From contig JAIPHU010000001.1 in NCBI GenBank assembly GCA_021735045.1, positions 30,001 through 62,000 on the forward strand: a stretch of 32,000 nt of DNA, written 5' to 3'. Source of the stretch: Candidatus Omnitrophota bacterium (GTDB lineage: Bacteria > Omnitrophota > Gorgyraeia > Duberdicusellales > 4484-171). Positions within the stretch are counted from its first letter, which is position 1. Every line of letters begins with the position of its first letter. A model generated the notes under the pieces. That model worked only from the letters and a program-made list of their open reading frames with translations, was not told the origin of the DNA and ran no database searches. Of this stretch, positions 1 through 10,114 are shown piece after piece. Made by a program: the position numbers and the translations under genes.

Positions 1-2
1 TA

Positions 3-374
3 TCCAAAAAAGGCTGGGTTGATTTTGATTATTGTATTTCCACACCGGCTATGATGAAATCAGTCAGTAAATTAGGGAGATTTTTAGGACCGAGAGGCTT
101 AATGCCTTCGACAAAGACAGGTACAGTTACTGAAAATGTCTCTCAAGCTGTAGAAGAAGCTAAAAAGGGTAAGGTTAACTTTCGAGCCGATAAGTTAGGC
201 TGTATTCACGCTGGTTTAGGTAAACTATCATTTACAAAGGAAGATATTATCGATAATTTAAATACTTTTATTTCAGCAATAGGTGCGGCTCGGCCTCAAA
301 GTTTAAAAGGACAACTTATAAAAACGTTTTATTTGTCAACTACTATGGGCCCGTCAATTAAGGTAAAACTATAA
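3..374 (+). CDS. rplA: 50S ribosomal protein L1, C-terminal part (5' end lies off-window)
   Basis: The frame is open from nt 3 (SKKGWVDFDYCISTPAMMKSVSKLGRFLGPRGLMPSTKTGTVT...). The GPRGLMP..GTVT motif is characteristic of L1. Stop TAA at 372-374, and rplJ follows immediately. Confidence 0.92.
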   Translation, partial: SKKGWVDFDYCISTPAMMKSVSKLGRFLGPRGLMPSTKTGTVTENVSQAVEEAKKGKVNFRADKLGCIHAGLGKLSFTKEDIIDNLNTFISAIGAARPQSLKGQLIKTFYLSTTMGPSIKVKL

Positions 375-381
375 TATTATT

Positions 382-1272
382 ATGGAAGCAAAAACAATTG
401 GTATAGCGATACGTGAAAATATTATTAAAAAAGTTCAAGAAAGGGTAAGCAGTTCGTCTGTCTATTTTTTTATTGGGTTTAACAAGGTTAAAGCTTCGGC
501 TTTAAGCGATCTGAGAAATCAATTAAGAGTGGTGGATAGTTATGTTTTTGTGGCCAAAAACTCTTTAATCAATAAAGCTTTAGAAGATGCTGAATTAGAG
601 AACTTAAAGGATTATTTTCAAGGAGAAACAGGAATAATCTCTGTATATAACGAAGATATTGTAAAACCATGTAAAGTAATTGTTGATTTTTCTAAAGAGA
701 ATGAAAGCTTTGCTATAAAGGGTGGAATAATTGAAGGCAGAAAAATAACAAAAGAGGAGTTAGAGTCTCTAGCTAAACTACCAGGCCGGGAAGTTTTATT
801 AGCCCAGGCTGTTTCTGGTTTAGCTGCGCCAATAACCGGTTTTGTTGCTTGTCTTAATCAAATAATTTTAAAGTTTGCTTGGGTTATAGAAGAGATTAAA
901 AAAGTTCAAAGCCAAAAGTCCAAAGCCCAAAGTCAGGATAAGGATAAAGAAAAATCGCAAGAAGAAAAAGCTGCAACCACTGAAACAGGCAAGGATAAGG
1001 GAACAGAAAAAAAGGCAGAGAAGCAAGAAGGAAAGGATAAAGGTTCAAGGTTAAAGGGTAAAGAAAAAGAGGAAGAAGAAAAGGCTGAAGATAAGACTAA
1101 AGAGGAAAATAAAAAAGAAGAAGGAAAAAAAGAAGCCAAAGAAGAGGACAAAACTCGTGAGGAAAAAGTTGAAGAAAAATCTTCTGAGGAAAAGCCTAAA
1201 GAAGAACAAGAAGACAAAAAGGAAGATAAAAGTAAAGAATCTAAAGAAAACAAAGAAGAAAAAGAAAAGTAA
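382..1272 (+). CDS. rplJ: 50S ribosomal protein L10 with a ~120-aa Lys/Glu-rich C-terminal extension
   Basis: The first ~175 aa look like L10, including a hydrophobic C-terminal helix (LLAQAVSGLAAPITGFVACLNQIILKFAWVIEEIKK). It sits between rplA and rplL. Residues ~175-296 are almost pure K/E/D/S/Q low complexity. Confidence 0.93.
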   Translation: MEAKTIGIAIRENIIKKVQERVSSSSVYFFIGFNKVKASALSDLRNQLRVVDSYVFVAKNSLINKALEDAELENLKDYFQGETGIISVYNEDIVKPCKVIVDFSKENESFAIKGGIIEGRKITKEELESLAKLPGREVLLAQAVSGLAAPITGFVACLNQIILKFAWVIEEIKKVQSQKSKAQSQDKDKEKSQEEKAATTETGKDKGTEKKAEKQEGKDKGSRLKGKEKEEEEKAEDKTKEENKKEEGKKEAKEEDKTREEKVEEKSSEEKPKEEQEDKKEDKSKESKENKEEKEK

Positions 1273-1284
1273 GGAGGGTTTGAA

Positions 1285-1662
1285 ATGTCTAAAGTAGAAG
1301 ATGTTTTGAAAATGGTTGAAGAATTAACGGTGTTAGAGTTATCAGAGCTAGTAAAAGCTTGTGAAGAAAAGTTTGATGTAAAAGCAAGTGCTCCAGTAGC
1401 CGCAGCTGCTGCACCAGCAGCCGCAGGTGGCGGTGAAGCTGAAGAGGAACAAACAGAATTTACGGTTAATCTTACCGACGTTGGTTCTAATAAAATAGCT
1501 GTGATTAAAGAGATAAGAGCTATTACTGATCTTGGCCTTAAAGAGGCAAAAGGATTAGTAGATTCAGCACCGGCTGCTGTAAAAGAAGATCTTCCTAAGG
1601 AAGAAGCTGAAAGTATCAAGAAAAAACTTGAAGAAGCCGGAGCAAAAGTAGAACTGAAATAA
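1285..1662 (+). CDS. rplL: 50S ribosomal protein L7/L12
   Basis: Typical L12 architecture: an N-terminal dimerisation helix, an Ala/Gly/Glu-rich hinge ([20 protein letters not shown]) and a C-terminal domain ([24 protein letters not shown]). RBS AAGGAGGG lies upstream of the ATG. Confidence 0.97.
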   Translation: MSKVEDVLKMVEELTVLELSELVKACEEKFDVKASAPVAAAAAPAAAGGGEAEEEQTEFTVNLTDVGSNKIAVIKEIRAITDLGLKEAKGLVDSAPAAVKEDLPKEEAESIKKKLEEAGAKVELK

Positions 1663-1668
1663 TTTTTT

Positions 1669-1748
1669 GTTCAATGTTCGACGTGCGACGTTCAACGTTA
1701 TTTTTATAAAAAATATTAACGTAGAACATGGAACATTGAACGTAGAAC
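1669..1748 (+). repeat. Symmetric inverted array of GTTCNAY heptamers around an 18-nt AT spacer (rplL-rpoB intergenic hairpin)
   Basis: Left arm 1669-1699 is gttcaat|gttcgac|gtgcgac|gttcaac|gtt. Right arm 1718-1748 is aacgtag|aacatgg|aacattg|aacgtag|aac, whose reverse complement is gttctac|gttcaat|gttccat|gttctac|gtt. The arms are in exact mirror register, and 23 of 31 positions are complementary, with 2 more as G-U wobbles. Confidence 0.8.
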
Positions 1749-1772
1749 AAAAACCAATAAAAGAGGAGATCT

Positions 1773-4700
1773 ATGGTAAAGAAGAGTAAGAAAGTTTCTT
1801 TTGCGAAAATAACAAATAGCCCTCCCATGGCTAATCTTCTTAGTCATCAGTTGCGTTCTTATAAAGAATTTTTGCAAGTAAATGTTCTACCTGAAAAAAG
1901 AAAAAAGACTGGGTTACAGGAAATACTTCAAGAAGTTTTTCCAATGAAGAGCCCTGACAATCAATGCAGTTTAGAGTTTGTTTCTTATACCTTAGGTAGG
2001 CCTCGTTATACAATTGAAGAATGTAAAAGAAGGTCTCAGACTTATTCTTCTTCCTTAAGGATTCGCCTACGTTTAGTTGGCCTTTCTTCTGATATTCGCG
2101 AACAAGAGATTTATCTGGGAGAAATTCCCCTCATGACTCCTACTGCATCCTTTATTATAAATGGAGATGAGAGGGCTATAATCAGTCAGTTGCAAAGATC
2201 ACCGGGAATATTTTTTGAAGAGCAGCTGCATACTGCAGGTAAACGTATTTACTTTGCTCGAATGATTCCTTACCGCGGTTATTGGCTAGAGTTTAGAGCT
2301 GATGTAGCTGATACTATAACTGCTGTTGTTGATAGAAGGAAAACCTTTCCTGCTACTCAAATTTTACGAATAATGGGCCTTTCAACTAGTGATGAAATAT
2401 ATAAACATTTTTCTGATAAACCTTATCCAGAAATAGTAAATACTGTTAAAAAGGACTCAACTACCAACACAGAAGAAGCATACCTGGAGTTTTATAAAAA
2501 GATGCGGCCAACTGAACCGGTTGCCCTTGAGGTAGCTAAGGAAGTTTTTAGCCGGATGTTTCTTGATCCGCGCCGTTATGATTTAGGCCGGGTGGGTAGA
2601 TTTCTGATGAACAAAAAGCTGGGAATGGATACTCGCTTATCTAGGAGGACCCTTGATTTAGAAACAATGGTTGCAGCAATTAAGCATCTTCTAGAAGTAA
2701 AAGCTGGGAAAAAGGATACTGACGATATAGATCACTTATCGAATAGAAGAGTTAAGCTGATTGGTGAGCTTCTTCAACATCAAGTCAGGATTGGGCTTTT
2801 GAGGGTAGAAAGAACTTTTACTGAACGTTATTCACTAGTATCTTCAGGAGATTTTTCTATCCAGCATCTAATCAATTCAAAAGCATTTTCTAGCCAGATT
2901 AAAGATTTTTTTGCCCGTTCACCGCTTTCACAATTTATGGATCAAACCAATCCAATAGCTGAAATGACACATAAAAGAAGGTTGTCCGCAATGGGCCCGG
3001 GTGGCCTTTCGCGGGAAAGAGCCGGATTCGAGGTAAGGGATGTGCACCCGACTCATTACGGCCGAGTTTGTCCGATTGAGACACCCGAAGGAGCTAATAT
3101 CGGTTTACTTACTTCTTTAACTACCTATGCAAAAATTAATCCAATGGGTTTTTTGACTACACCTTATCGGCCGGTTATAGACGGTAAAATAAAAAATAAA
3201 ATAGAGTATCTGTTGAGTGATGCAGAAGAAAATAAGATGATTGGTCAAATTACCTCTAATGTAGATTCTGGTGGAAAAATTTTAGATTCAGAAATTTATG
3301 CTCGTTTCAAAGGCAACTTTCCTAAAGTTTCACCTAAAAAACTTGAATATATTGATGTTTCAGCTCAGCAAATCATGTCGGTTTCATCGTCGTTGATTCC
3401 TTTCTTAGAGCACGATGATGCTAATCGAGCTTTAATGGGATCTAATATGCAACGACAAGCAGTTCCTTTACTTTTTCCCGAAGCCCCCTTAGCTGGAACT
3501 GGCCTAGAGCAAAAAGTTGCAAAAGATAGTGGAGCTGCGTTAGTTACCGAAGAGTCTGGTGAGGTTACGGCGGTAGATAGTTCTTCAATAAAAATAGATA
3601 ACTATACTTATAAGCTAAAGAAGTTTTATCGTACTAATGCTAATACTTGTATCAATCAAACTCCTTTAGTTAAAAAAGGACAGAAGGTAAAAAGAGGGGA
3701 TATTATAGCTGATGGAATAGCTACCAAAGAAGGAGATATTTCACTAGGAACTAATCTTTTAGTTGGCTTTATGCCTTGGCGGGGTTACAACTTTGAAGAT
3801 GCTATAGTTATTAGTGAGCGATTGGTAAAGGATGATGTGCTTACCTCCATTCATATCGAGAAGTTTGAAAGTGAGGCTAGAGAAACTAGGTTAGGAAATG
3901 AAGAGATTACTCGTGATATTCCCAATGTAGGGGAAGAAGCATTAAGTGACCTAGATTCAGAAGGGATAGTAAGGGTTGGTGCTGAGATCGCCTCTGATGA
4001 TATTTTGGTGGGAAGGGTTACACCAAAGACAGAAAAAGAGCTTTCTCCTGAAGAAAGATTACTAAGAGCCATTTTTGGGGAAAAAGCAGCTGATGTTAAA
4101 GATAGTTCATTAAGAGTACCTCCAGGGATTAAAGGGGTTGTAACCAATGTAGAAGTTTTTCAAAGGAAAGAAAGAGGCCGGCGTTCTAAAAAAGAAAAAA
4201 CAGTTGAACTTCAACGGACTAAAGAAATTGAACAATATTACCAAGAAGAAAAAGAAATATTAGAGAAAGAAAAACTAAAAAGATTGAGTACTATATTAGG
4301 TAAACCGGAAAGTAAAATAAAAGCTCGCAACTGGCAAGAAAACGAAGAAGCAAATACTATAGTTAACTTATATGATCAAAGGTATGACGAGTTAATGATG
4401 GAGAAAGACTTAGAGCTTTCTAAAGTGAGAAAGGGAGATGAACTACCAGCCGGGGTATTAAAAAGAATAGTTGTATTTGTGGCAATAAAACGAAAAATTT
4501 CGGCTGGGGATAAGTTGTCTGGGCGTCATGGTAATAAAGGGGTTATCTCAAAAGTTTTACCAGAAGAAGATATGCCTTATCTAGAAGACGGTACTCCAAT
4601 GGATATTTTGCTTAATCCTTTGGGAGTTCCTTCTCGAATGAACGTGGGCCAGTTACTTGAGATGCATCTTGGTTGGGCAGCCAAGAAGTTAAATATTAGG

Positions 4701-5192
4701 GTCGAGACTCCAGTTTTTGATGGAGCTAGCCCAGAAGATATAAAAGATTTATTTAGAAAAGCTAACTTACCCGAGGACGGAAAGGTCGTTTTGTATGATG
4801 GCCATACAGGAAAACGCTTTGCTCAAAAGGTAGGGGTTGGCTATATGTATATTATGAAGTTGATCCATATGGTTGATGAAAAAATTCATGCCAGGGCAAT
4901 CGGCCCTTACTCTTTAATTACACAGCAGCCCTTAGGTGGAAAAGCTCAATTTGGCGGGCAGCGTTTTGGAGAGATGGAAGTTTGGGCTCTTGAAGCCTAT
5001 GGAGCAGCATTTACTTTACAGGAGATGCTTACTGTAAAGAGTGATGATGTAGAAGGAAGGACTCGAATCTATGAAGCTATTGTTAGAGGTGAACAAAAAT
5101 TTAGGCCTTCAGTTCCTGAATCTTTTAACGTTTTAGTTAAAGAACTCCAGGGGCTTTGTTTGAATATAAAAGCAGAAAAGGAGAAAAAATGA
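1773..5192 (+). CDS. rpoB: DNA-directed RNA polymerase subunit beta
   Basis: 1139 aa with conserved beta motifs (SQLSQFMDQTNP-like SPLSQFMDQTNPIAEMTHKRRLSA, GPGGLSRERAGFEVRDVH, NMQRQAVPL, GRHGNKGVISK, MNVGQ). RBS GAGGAG lies before the ATG. Confidence 0.98.
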   Translation: MVKKSKKVSFAKITNSPPMANLLSHQLRSYKEFLQVNVLPEKRKKTGLQEILQEVFPMKSPDNQCSLEFVSYTLGRPRYTIEECKRRSQTYSSSLRIRLRLVGLSSDIREQEIYLGEIPLMTPTASFIINGDERAIISQLQRSPGIFFEEQLHTAGKRIYFARMIPYRGYWLEFRADVADTITAVVDRRKTFPATQILRIMGLSTSDEIYKHFSDKPYPEIVNTVKKDSTTNTEEAYLEFYKKMRPTEPVALEVAKEVFSRMFLDPRRYDLGRVGRFLMNKKLGMDTRLSRRTLDLETMVAAIKHLLEVKAGKKDTDDIDHLSNRRVKLIGELLQHQVRIGLLRVERTFTERYSLVSSGDFSIQHLINSKAFSSQIKDFFARSPLSQFMDQTNPIAEMTHKRRLSAMGPGGLSRERAGFEVRDVHPTHYGRVCPIETPEGANIGLLTSLTTYAKINPMGFLTTPYRPVIDGKIKNKIEYLLSDAEENKMIGQITSNVDSGGKILDSEIYARFKGNFPKVSPKKLEYIDVSAQQIMSVSSSLIPFLEHDDANRALMGSNMQRQAVPLLFPEAPLAGTGLEQKVAKDSGAALVTEESGEVTAVDSSSIKIDNYTYKLKKFYRTNANTCINQTPLVKKGQKVKRGDIIADGIATKEGDISLGTNLLVGFMPWRGYNFEDAIVISERLVKDDVLTSIHIEKFESEARETRLGNEEITRDIPNVGEEALSDLDSEGIVRVGAEIASDDILVGRVTPKTEKELSPEERLLRAIFGEKAADVKDSSLRVPPGIKGVVTNVEVFQRKERGRRSKKEKTVELQRTKEIEQYYQEEKEILEKEKLKRLSTILGKPESKIKARNWQENEEANTIVNLYDQRYDELMMEKDLELSKVRKGDELPAGVLKRIVVFVAIKRKISAGDKLSGRHGNKGVISKVLPEEDMPYLEDGTPMDILLNPLGVPSRMNVGQLLEMHLGWAAKKLNIRVETPVFDGASPEDIKDLFRKANLPEDGKVVLYDGHTGKRFAQKVGVGYMYIMKLIHMVDEKIHARAIGPYSLITQQPLGGKAQFGGQRFGEMEVWALEAYGAAFTLQEMLTVKSDDVEGRTRIYEAIVRGEQKFRPSVPESFNVLVKELQGLCLNIKAEKEKK

Positions 5193-8100
5193 TTGAGGAA
5201 GTAGGTTTTTTTGACCGAATCAGCATAAAATTAGCTTCAAATGAAAGTATGAGGAGTTGGTCATCAGGCGAAATAAAAAAAGCCGAGACTCTTAACTACC
5301 GAACTCTTAAACCGGAGAAAGATGGGCTTTTTTGTGAGAGAATTTTTGGCCCAGCTAAAGATTGGGAGTGTCATTGTGGGAAACTAAAAGGAATAAAATT
5401 TAAAGGAACAAAATGTAACCGTTGTGGCGTTGAAGTCCTTCATTCATCTGTACGCCGCCAGCGAATGGGGCATATAGATTTAGCCACGCCAGTTACTCAT
5501 ATCTGGTTTTTTAAGGTTTTGCCTTCTCGATTAGGAGCAATTTTAGGTTTAAGTATAAAAGAATTAGAAAAAATTATTTATTATGAAGAATATGTGGTAG
5601 TCGATCCCGGATCTTCAAAGTTAAAAGAAAAACAGCTTATTAGCCAAGAAGAATATTTTGATACTCAAACTGAGTATGGCCCAGAAGTAAAGATAATGAT
5701 TGGAGCTGAAGCGATTCGGGAGCTTCTCAAAAGATTAGATTTAGCTAAAGTTAGCAGAAATATCAGAAAGAAAATTGAAAAGAGTAAAAAAGCAGCCAAT
5801 AAAAGGCTCTTAAAAAGACTTAAAATTGTAGAAGATTTGCGTCGTTCAGGGAATAAACCAGAATGGATGGTATTAAATATTTTACCAGTTATCCCGCCTG
5901 ACCTGCGGCCATTAGTTCCACTCGAGGGAGGCAGATTTGCTTCATCTGATTTAAATGATCTTTACAGACGAGTTATCAATAGAAACAATCGCCTTAAGAA
6001 GTTAATTTCTTTGGGGGCACCGGAGATAATTATTCGTAATGAAAAAAGAATGCTTCAAGAAGCAGTTGATGCTGTTTTAGAAAATGGGCGTCATGGCAGG
6101 CCGGTCATGGGCCCGCAAAATCGTCCGCTTAAAAGTCTTTCTGATATGCTTAAAGGTAAACAAGGACGTTTTAGGCAAAACTTGTTAGGAAAGCGTGTAG
6201 ATTATTCGGGAAGAAGTGTAATTGTAGTAGGGCCAGAGTTGAAACTTCATCAATGTGGTTTACCTAAAGAGATGGCTCTTGAATTAGTTGAACCGTTTAT
6301 TATTAAAAAATTACGGGAAAAAGGGTTTGTCCATACAATCAGAGGTGCGCGCCGGATGGTGGAGAGAGCCAGAATTGAAGTCTGGGATATTTTAGAAGAT
6401 GTAATTAAAGGGCACCCTGTTTTATTAAATCGGGCTCCTACATTACATCGTTTAGGAATTCAGGCATTTTACCCTACTTTAGTAGAAGGTAAGGCAATTA
6501 AACTACATCCTTTAGTTTGTGCACCTTTTAATGCTGATTTCGATGGGGATCAGATGGCAGTTCATCTTCCGCTTTCTTTGGAGGCGCAAGCTGAAGCAAA
6601 GTTGTTAATGCTGTCGGTGCATAATATTTTTTCTCCTTCAGATTCAAGGCCGGTTATTGTGCCTTCTCAAGATATGGTTATCGGATGCAGATATCTTACT
6701 ACAGAAGCAGAAGGGCAAAAAGGTCAAGGAATAACTTTTGGCAACTCTGATGAAGTAGTAACTGCCTATCAAGATGATGAAGTGAAACTGCCTACCAAAA
6801 TTAAATTTTTTCTTAAAAGAGACGGCGAAAGTAAGATTATTGAAACAACTGTAGGGAGAGTAATATTTAACAGAGTTTTGCCTAAAGGGTTTAGGTTTGT
6901 TAATGAACTTTTAGATAAGAAAAAAATATCTAAAATCATCGATGATTGCTATGATCAGTTTGGCCACAATGCAGTTATTGAGCTTCTGGATAAGATTAAG
7001 GATTTGGGTTTTGAATATGCTACTTTAGGTGGAATAAGTATATCTAACAATGACTTAGAGGTTCCCAAGCAGAAATACGAGTCTATAGAAGAAGCTAACA
7101 AAGAGTTGGCTAAGGTTGATAGCCAATATAAAAGAGGTATTATTACCCAACGTGAGCGCCATAATAAAATTATTGATATTTGGACTAGGACTACAGATAA
7201 AGTAACTGATTTAGTTTTTAACAATATGAGTAAGTTTAATCCAGTTTTTATGATGGCTGATTCTGGAGCTCGCGGATCTAAATTACAGGTTAGGCAGCTT
7301 GCCGGAATGAGGGGGCTTATGGCTAAACCATCCGGTGAGATTATTGAAATTCCGATAACTTCAAACTTTAAGGAGGGGTTATCAGCTTTAGAGTATTTTA
7401 TTTCTACTCACGGTGCACGAAAAGGTTTAGCTGATACTGCGTTAAAAACAGCAGATGCTGGTTATCTTACTCGACGTTTAGTTGATGTTGCTCAAGAAGT
7501 AATAATTGTTGAAGATGATTGTAAAACAGTAAACGGAATTACAGTTTCTGAAATTGTTGAAGGTGAAGAAGTTGTTGTAACTTTAAAAGAAAGGATTGTC
7601 GGAAGGGTGGCTGTTGACAATATAGTAGATATTGTAAGTGACGAGGTTATCGTGAAAGCCGGCCAGGAGATATCAGAAGAAAAAGCAGATAAAATAGATA
7701 AATTAGGCTTGGAAAAAATAAGGATAAGAAGTGTGCTTACTTGTGAATCAGAAAGAGGTGTATGCGCTAGGTGTTATGGAAGAAATTTAGCTACTCGGAA
7801 GTTAGTTGAAGTTGGTGAAGCAGTTGGAGTAATTGCAGCTCAATCAATAGGGGAACCGGGTACCCAGCTTACCATGAGGACTTTTCATATCGGCGGTACT
7901 GCCTCACGTGTGGCTGAGCGTGCTTTTGTCAAAGCTAGAAATAAAGGTGTGGTTAAGTTCCATAATTTAAAAGTAGTTAAAAAGGGGAATCAATTTGTTG
8001 TTTTAAATAGGAATGGAATGATTAGTGTAAATGACCCTAAGGGGATTGAACTACAAAGGAATCCAGTTCCCCACGGTGCTTTTATAATGGTCCCTGAAGG

Positions 8101-9163
8101 TAATGAAGTTGAAAAGGGTAAGACTTTTGTAAAATGGGATCCATTTTCTTCTCCGATTCTTTCTGAGGTAACCGGAAAAATAAAATATGAAGATATTATT
8201 GATAAGATGACTATTCAAGAAGAGATGAATGTTGCAACGGGGAGAAAAGAAAGAGTAGTTGTAGAGTTTAAAGGTGATTACCATCCTCAGATATTAATAG
8301 TCTCTAAAGATTCTGAGGAAGTATTAGGAATATATCCTTTGCCAACAGGGGCTCATATTATGCTTGAAGAGGGGGCCTTGGTTGAAGCGGGCGATGTTAT
8401 TGCAAAAACTCCTCGTTTAGTTGAAAAAACTAGAGACATTACCGGGGGTCTTCCTAGAGTAGCTGAACTTTTTGAAGCTAGACGCCCTAAGAATCCGGCA
8501 ATTATTAGTGAGATTGATGGTTTTGTAGAATTTACTGAGAAAAAAGGCCAGCGTAAAGTTATTGTTCGCAGCCCAACCGGTATGAGCCGAGAATATAAAA
8601 TTCCTACTGGAACTCATCCTATTGTTTATCGTGGTGATAAAGTAACAGCTGGGCAACAGCTTACTGAAGGTCCGGTAGTCTTACAGGATATTTTAAGTGT
8701 TTGCGGTGATAAAGTATTACAGAGCTATCTAGTAAATGAAGTACAAGAAATCTATAGATTACAAGGTGTAAGAATCAATGATAAACATATTGAAGTAATT
8801 ATTCGAGAGATGCTGAAAAAAGTAAAGATAGTTGACCCGGGTGATAGCGATTATCTTCCTGATGAAGGTATTGATAAGTGGGATTTTCGTAAAGCTAATG
8901 AAGCAATTATTAAAAAGGGAGGCCGGCCGGCGACAGCTCAGCCGATGTTACTGGGCATAACTAAGGCATCTTTAAGTACCAAAAGTTTTATCTCGGCAGC
9001 TAGTTTTCAGGAAACAACTAGGATTTTAGCCGATGCATCATCAGCAGGAAAAGTTGATTCGTTAAAAGGTTTAAAAGAAAATGTAATAGTAGGTCATTTA
9101 ATTCCAGCAGGAACAGGATTAAAGAGGTACCGGGAGGTTGAAGTAGAGAAATGCCAACAATAA
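5189..9163 (+). CDS. rpoC: DNA-directed RNA polymerase subunit beta'
   Basis: Contains the N-terminal Zn motif (CHCGK...CNRCGVEV), the [12 protein letters not shown] catalytic motif, and bridge-helix and trigger-loop regions. I place the start at ATG 5189 (RBS AAGGAG, ATGA overlap with the rpoB stop) rather than the track start at 5156. Confidence 0.95.
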   Translation: MIEEVGFFDRISIKLASNESMRSWSSGEIKKAETLNYRTLKPEKDGLFCERIFGPAKDWECHCGKLKGIKFKGTKCNRCGVEVLHSSVRRQRMGHIDLATPVTHIWFFKVLPSRLGAILGLSIKELEKIIYYEEYVVVDPGSSKLKEKQLISQEEYFDTQTEYGPEVKIMIGAEAIRELLKRLDLAKVSRNIRKKIEKSKKAANKRLLKRLKIVEDLRRSGNKPEWMVLNILPVIPPDLRPLVPLEGGRFASSDLNDLYRRVINRNNRLKKLISLGAPEIIIRNEKRMLQEAVDAVLENGRHGRPVMGPQNRPLKSLSDMLKGKQGRFRQNLLGKRVDYSGRSVIVVGPELKLHQCGLPKEMALELVEPFIIKKLREKGFVHTIRGARRMVERARIEVWDILEDVIKGHPVLLNRAPTLHRLGIQAFYPTLVEGKAIKLHPLVCAPFNADFDGDQMAVHLPLSLEAQAEAKLLMLSVHNIFSPSDSRPVIVPSQDMVIGCRYLTTEAEGQKGQGITFGNSDEVVTAYQDDEVKLPTKIKFFLKRDGESKIIETTVGRVIFNRVLPKGFRFVNELLDKKKISKIIDDCYDQFGHNAVIELLDKIKDLGFEYATLGGISISNNDLEVPKQKYESIEEANKELAKVDSQYKRGIITQRERHNKIIDIWTRTTDKVTDLVFNNMSKFNPVFMMADSGARGSKLQVRQLAGMRGLMAKPSGEIIEIPITSNFKEGLSALEYFISTHGARKGLADTALKTADAGYLTRRLVDVAQEVIIVEDDCKTVNGITVSEIVEGEEVVVTLKERIVGRVAVDNIVDIVSDEVIVKAGQEISEEKADKIDKLGLEKIRIRSVLTCESERGVCARCYGRNLATRKLVEVGEAVGVIAAQSIGEPGTQLTMRTFHIGGTASRVAERAFVKARNKGVVKFHNLKVVKKGNQFVVLNRNGMISVNDPKGIELQRNPVPHGAFIMVPEGNEVEKGKTFVKWDPFSSPILSEVTGKIKYEDIIDKMTIQEEMNVATGRKERVVVEFKGDYHPQILIVSKDSEEVLGIYPLPTGAHIMLEEGALVEAGDVIAKTPRLVEKTRDITGGLPRVAELFEARRPKNPAIISEIDGFVEFTEKKGQRKVIVRSPTGMSREYKIPTGTHPIVYRGDKVTAGQQLTEGPVVLQDILSVCGDKVLQSYLVNEVQEIYRLQGVRINDKHIEVIIREMLKKVKIVDPGDSDYLPDEGIDKWDFRKANEAIIKKGGRPATAQPMLLGITKASLSTKSFISAASFQETTRILADASSAGKVDSLKGLKENVIVGHLIPAGTGLKRYREVEVEKCQQ

Positions 9164-9528
9164 ATCAATTAATTAAAAAACCAAGAGCTAAAACAAGAAA
9201 GAAAACTAAATCTCCAGCCTTAGGCAAAGCACCACAGAGGCGTGGGGTTTGCATCCAGGTAAGAACAGCGACACCGAAGAAACCAAATTCAGCTTTAAGA
9301 AAAATAGCTAGAGTTCGTCTCACTAATCGTCATGAAGTTACTGCTTATATTCCCGGTGAAGGGCATAATTTGCAAGAACATTCTATGGTTTTAGTACGGG
9401 GGGGGAGGGTCAAGGATCTTCCTGGAGTGAGATATCATATTGTTAGAGGGGCCCTAGATTGTCAAGGCGTCCAAGATCGTAAGCGTTCTCGTTCTAAATA
9501 TGGCGCAAAAAGACCAAAGGCAAAATAA
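9151..9528 (+). CDS. rpsL: 30S ribosomal protein S12
   Basis: [12 protein letters not shown]... and [10 protein letters not shown] are classic S12 sequences. The ATG lies 13 nt inside the 3' end of rpoC. Confidence 0.98.
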   Translation: MPTINQLIKKPRAKTRKKTKSPALGKAPQRRGVCIQVRTATPKKPNSALRKIARVRLTNRHEVTAYIPGEGHNLQEHSMVLVRGGRVKDLPGVRYHIVRGALDCQGVQDRKRSRSKYGAKRPKAK

Positions 9529-9532
9529 AAGT

Positions 9533-9634
9533 AATCAACGAATGTATGAATCAATTACGAATTTACAAATTTTTATGAACCCATATTCGTATATTCGTAG
9601 GGATTAGTAAAATCGTAGATGATAGTTAAATTAA
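9533..9634 (+). repeat. Copy 1 of a ~100-nt duplicated intergenic element (ACGAAT/ATTCGT word palindrome), rpsL-rpsG spacer
   Basis: The 38-nt left block aatcaacgaatgtatgaatcaattacgaatttacaaat and the 27-nt right block attcgtatattcgtagggattagtaaa each match 12290.. with a single mismatch. The central loop is variable. Confidence 0.85.
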
Positions 9635-9646
9635 CGAGGTATAATT

Positions 9647-10114
9647 ATGAGAAGACATAGAGCACCGAAAAGAGAAAGAAAACCAGACCCAAAATACGGT
9701 AATCCTATATTAGGTCATTTTATTAATATTATTATGGTTGATGGAAAAAAGAGTAAAGCACAAAGGATTGTCTATAATGCTTTTGATGCAGTATCAGAGC
9801 ATCTGAAAGAAGATCCGATAAAAGCTTTATTTACAGCCCTAGACAATACTCGGCCGCGGATGGCTGTGAAACCGCGTAGGGTTGGCGGGGCAACTTATCA
9901 AGTTCCCATGGAAGTACCTAAGGAAAAAGGTATTTTTATTGCTTTACGTTGGATCAAAGATTTCGCAAAAAAGAAAAAGAATCAACCGATGGAAAAGAAA
10001 ATTGCTGATGAAATAATTGCTGCTTATAATAATGAGGGGCCGGTGGTCAAGAAAAAACAAGATACTCATAGAATGGCAGAGTCAAACAAGGCTTTTGCGC
10101 ATTTTAAATATTAA
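9647..10114 (+). CDS. rpsG: 30S ribosomal protein S7
   Basis: 155 aa with S7-like sequence (PDPKYGN..., GGATYQVPMEV, MAESNKAFAHF). Conserved position after rpsL. Confidence 0.97.
   Translation: MRRHRAPKRERKPDPKYGNPILGHFINIIMVDGKKSKAQRIVYNAFDAVSEHLKEDPIKALFTALDNTRPRMAVKPRRVGGATYQVPMEVPKEKGIFIALRWIKDFAKKKKNQPMEKKIADEIIAAYNNEGPVVKKKQDTHRMAESNKAFAHFKY

Noticed and set aside
933-1619. 228-aa minus-strand ORF (Ser/Phe/Leu-rich) spanning the rplJ tail and rplL
   Set aside because: It is the antisense reading of the purine-rich Lys/Glu-coding tract and of rplL. It is low complexity, has no RBS, and fully overlaps two conserved genes.
1616-1828. 70-aa minus-strand ORF across the rplL-rpoB spacer
   Set aside because: It overlaps the ends of rplL and rpoB and the heptamer hairpin. 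Its hydrophobic, AT-driven composition gives no support for coding.
5156-5188. N-terminal extension of rpoC in the ORF track (MFEYKSRKGEK)
   Set aside because: It lies inside rpoB. ATG 5189 has a proper RBS and an ATGA overlap, and the conserved beta' sequence starts there.
7900-8460. Large insertion between FHIGGTAS and [16 protein letters not shown] in beta' (trigger-loop region)
   Set aside because: Lineage-specific trigger-loop insertions of the SI3 type (sandwich-barrel hybrid repeats) are well known in many non-Firmicute bacteria. This is not novel by itself.
9563-9595. Possible sigma70 promoter (TTACAA … TATATT) inside the duplicated element
   Set aside because: The spacer between the two hexamers is 21 nt in copy 1 and 13 nt in copy 2. 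Neither is compatible with a functional -35/-10 spacing.
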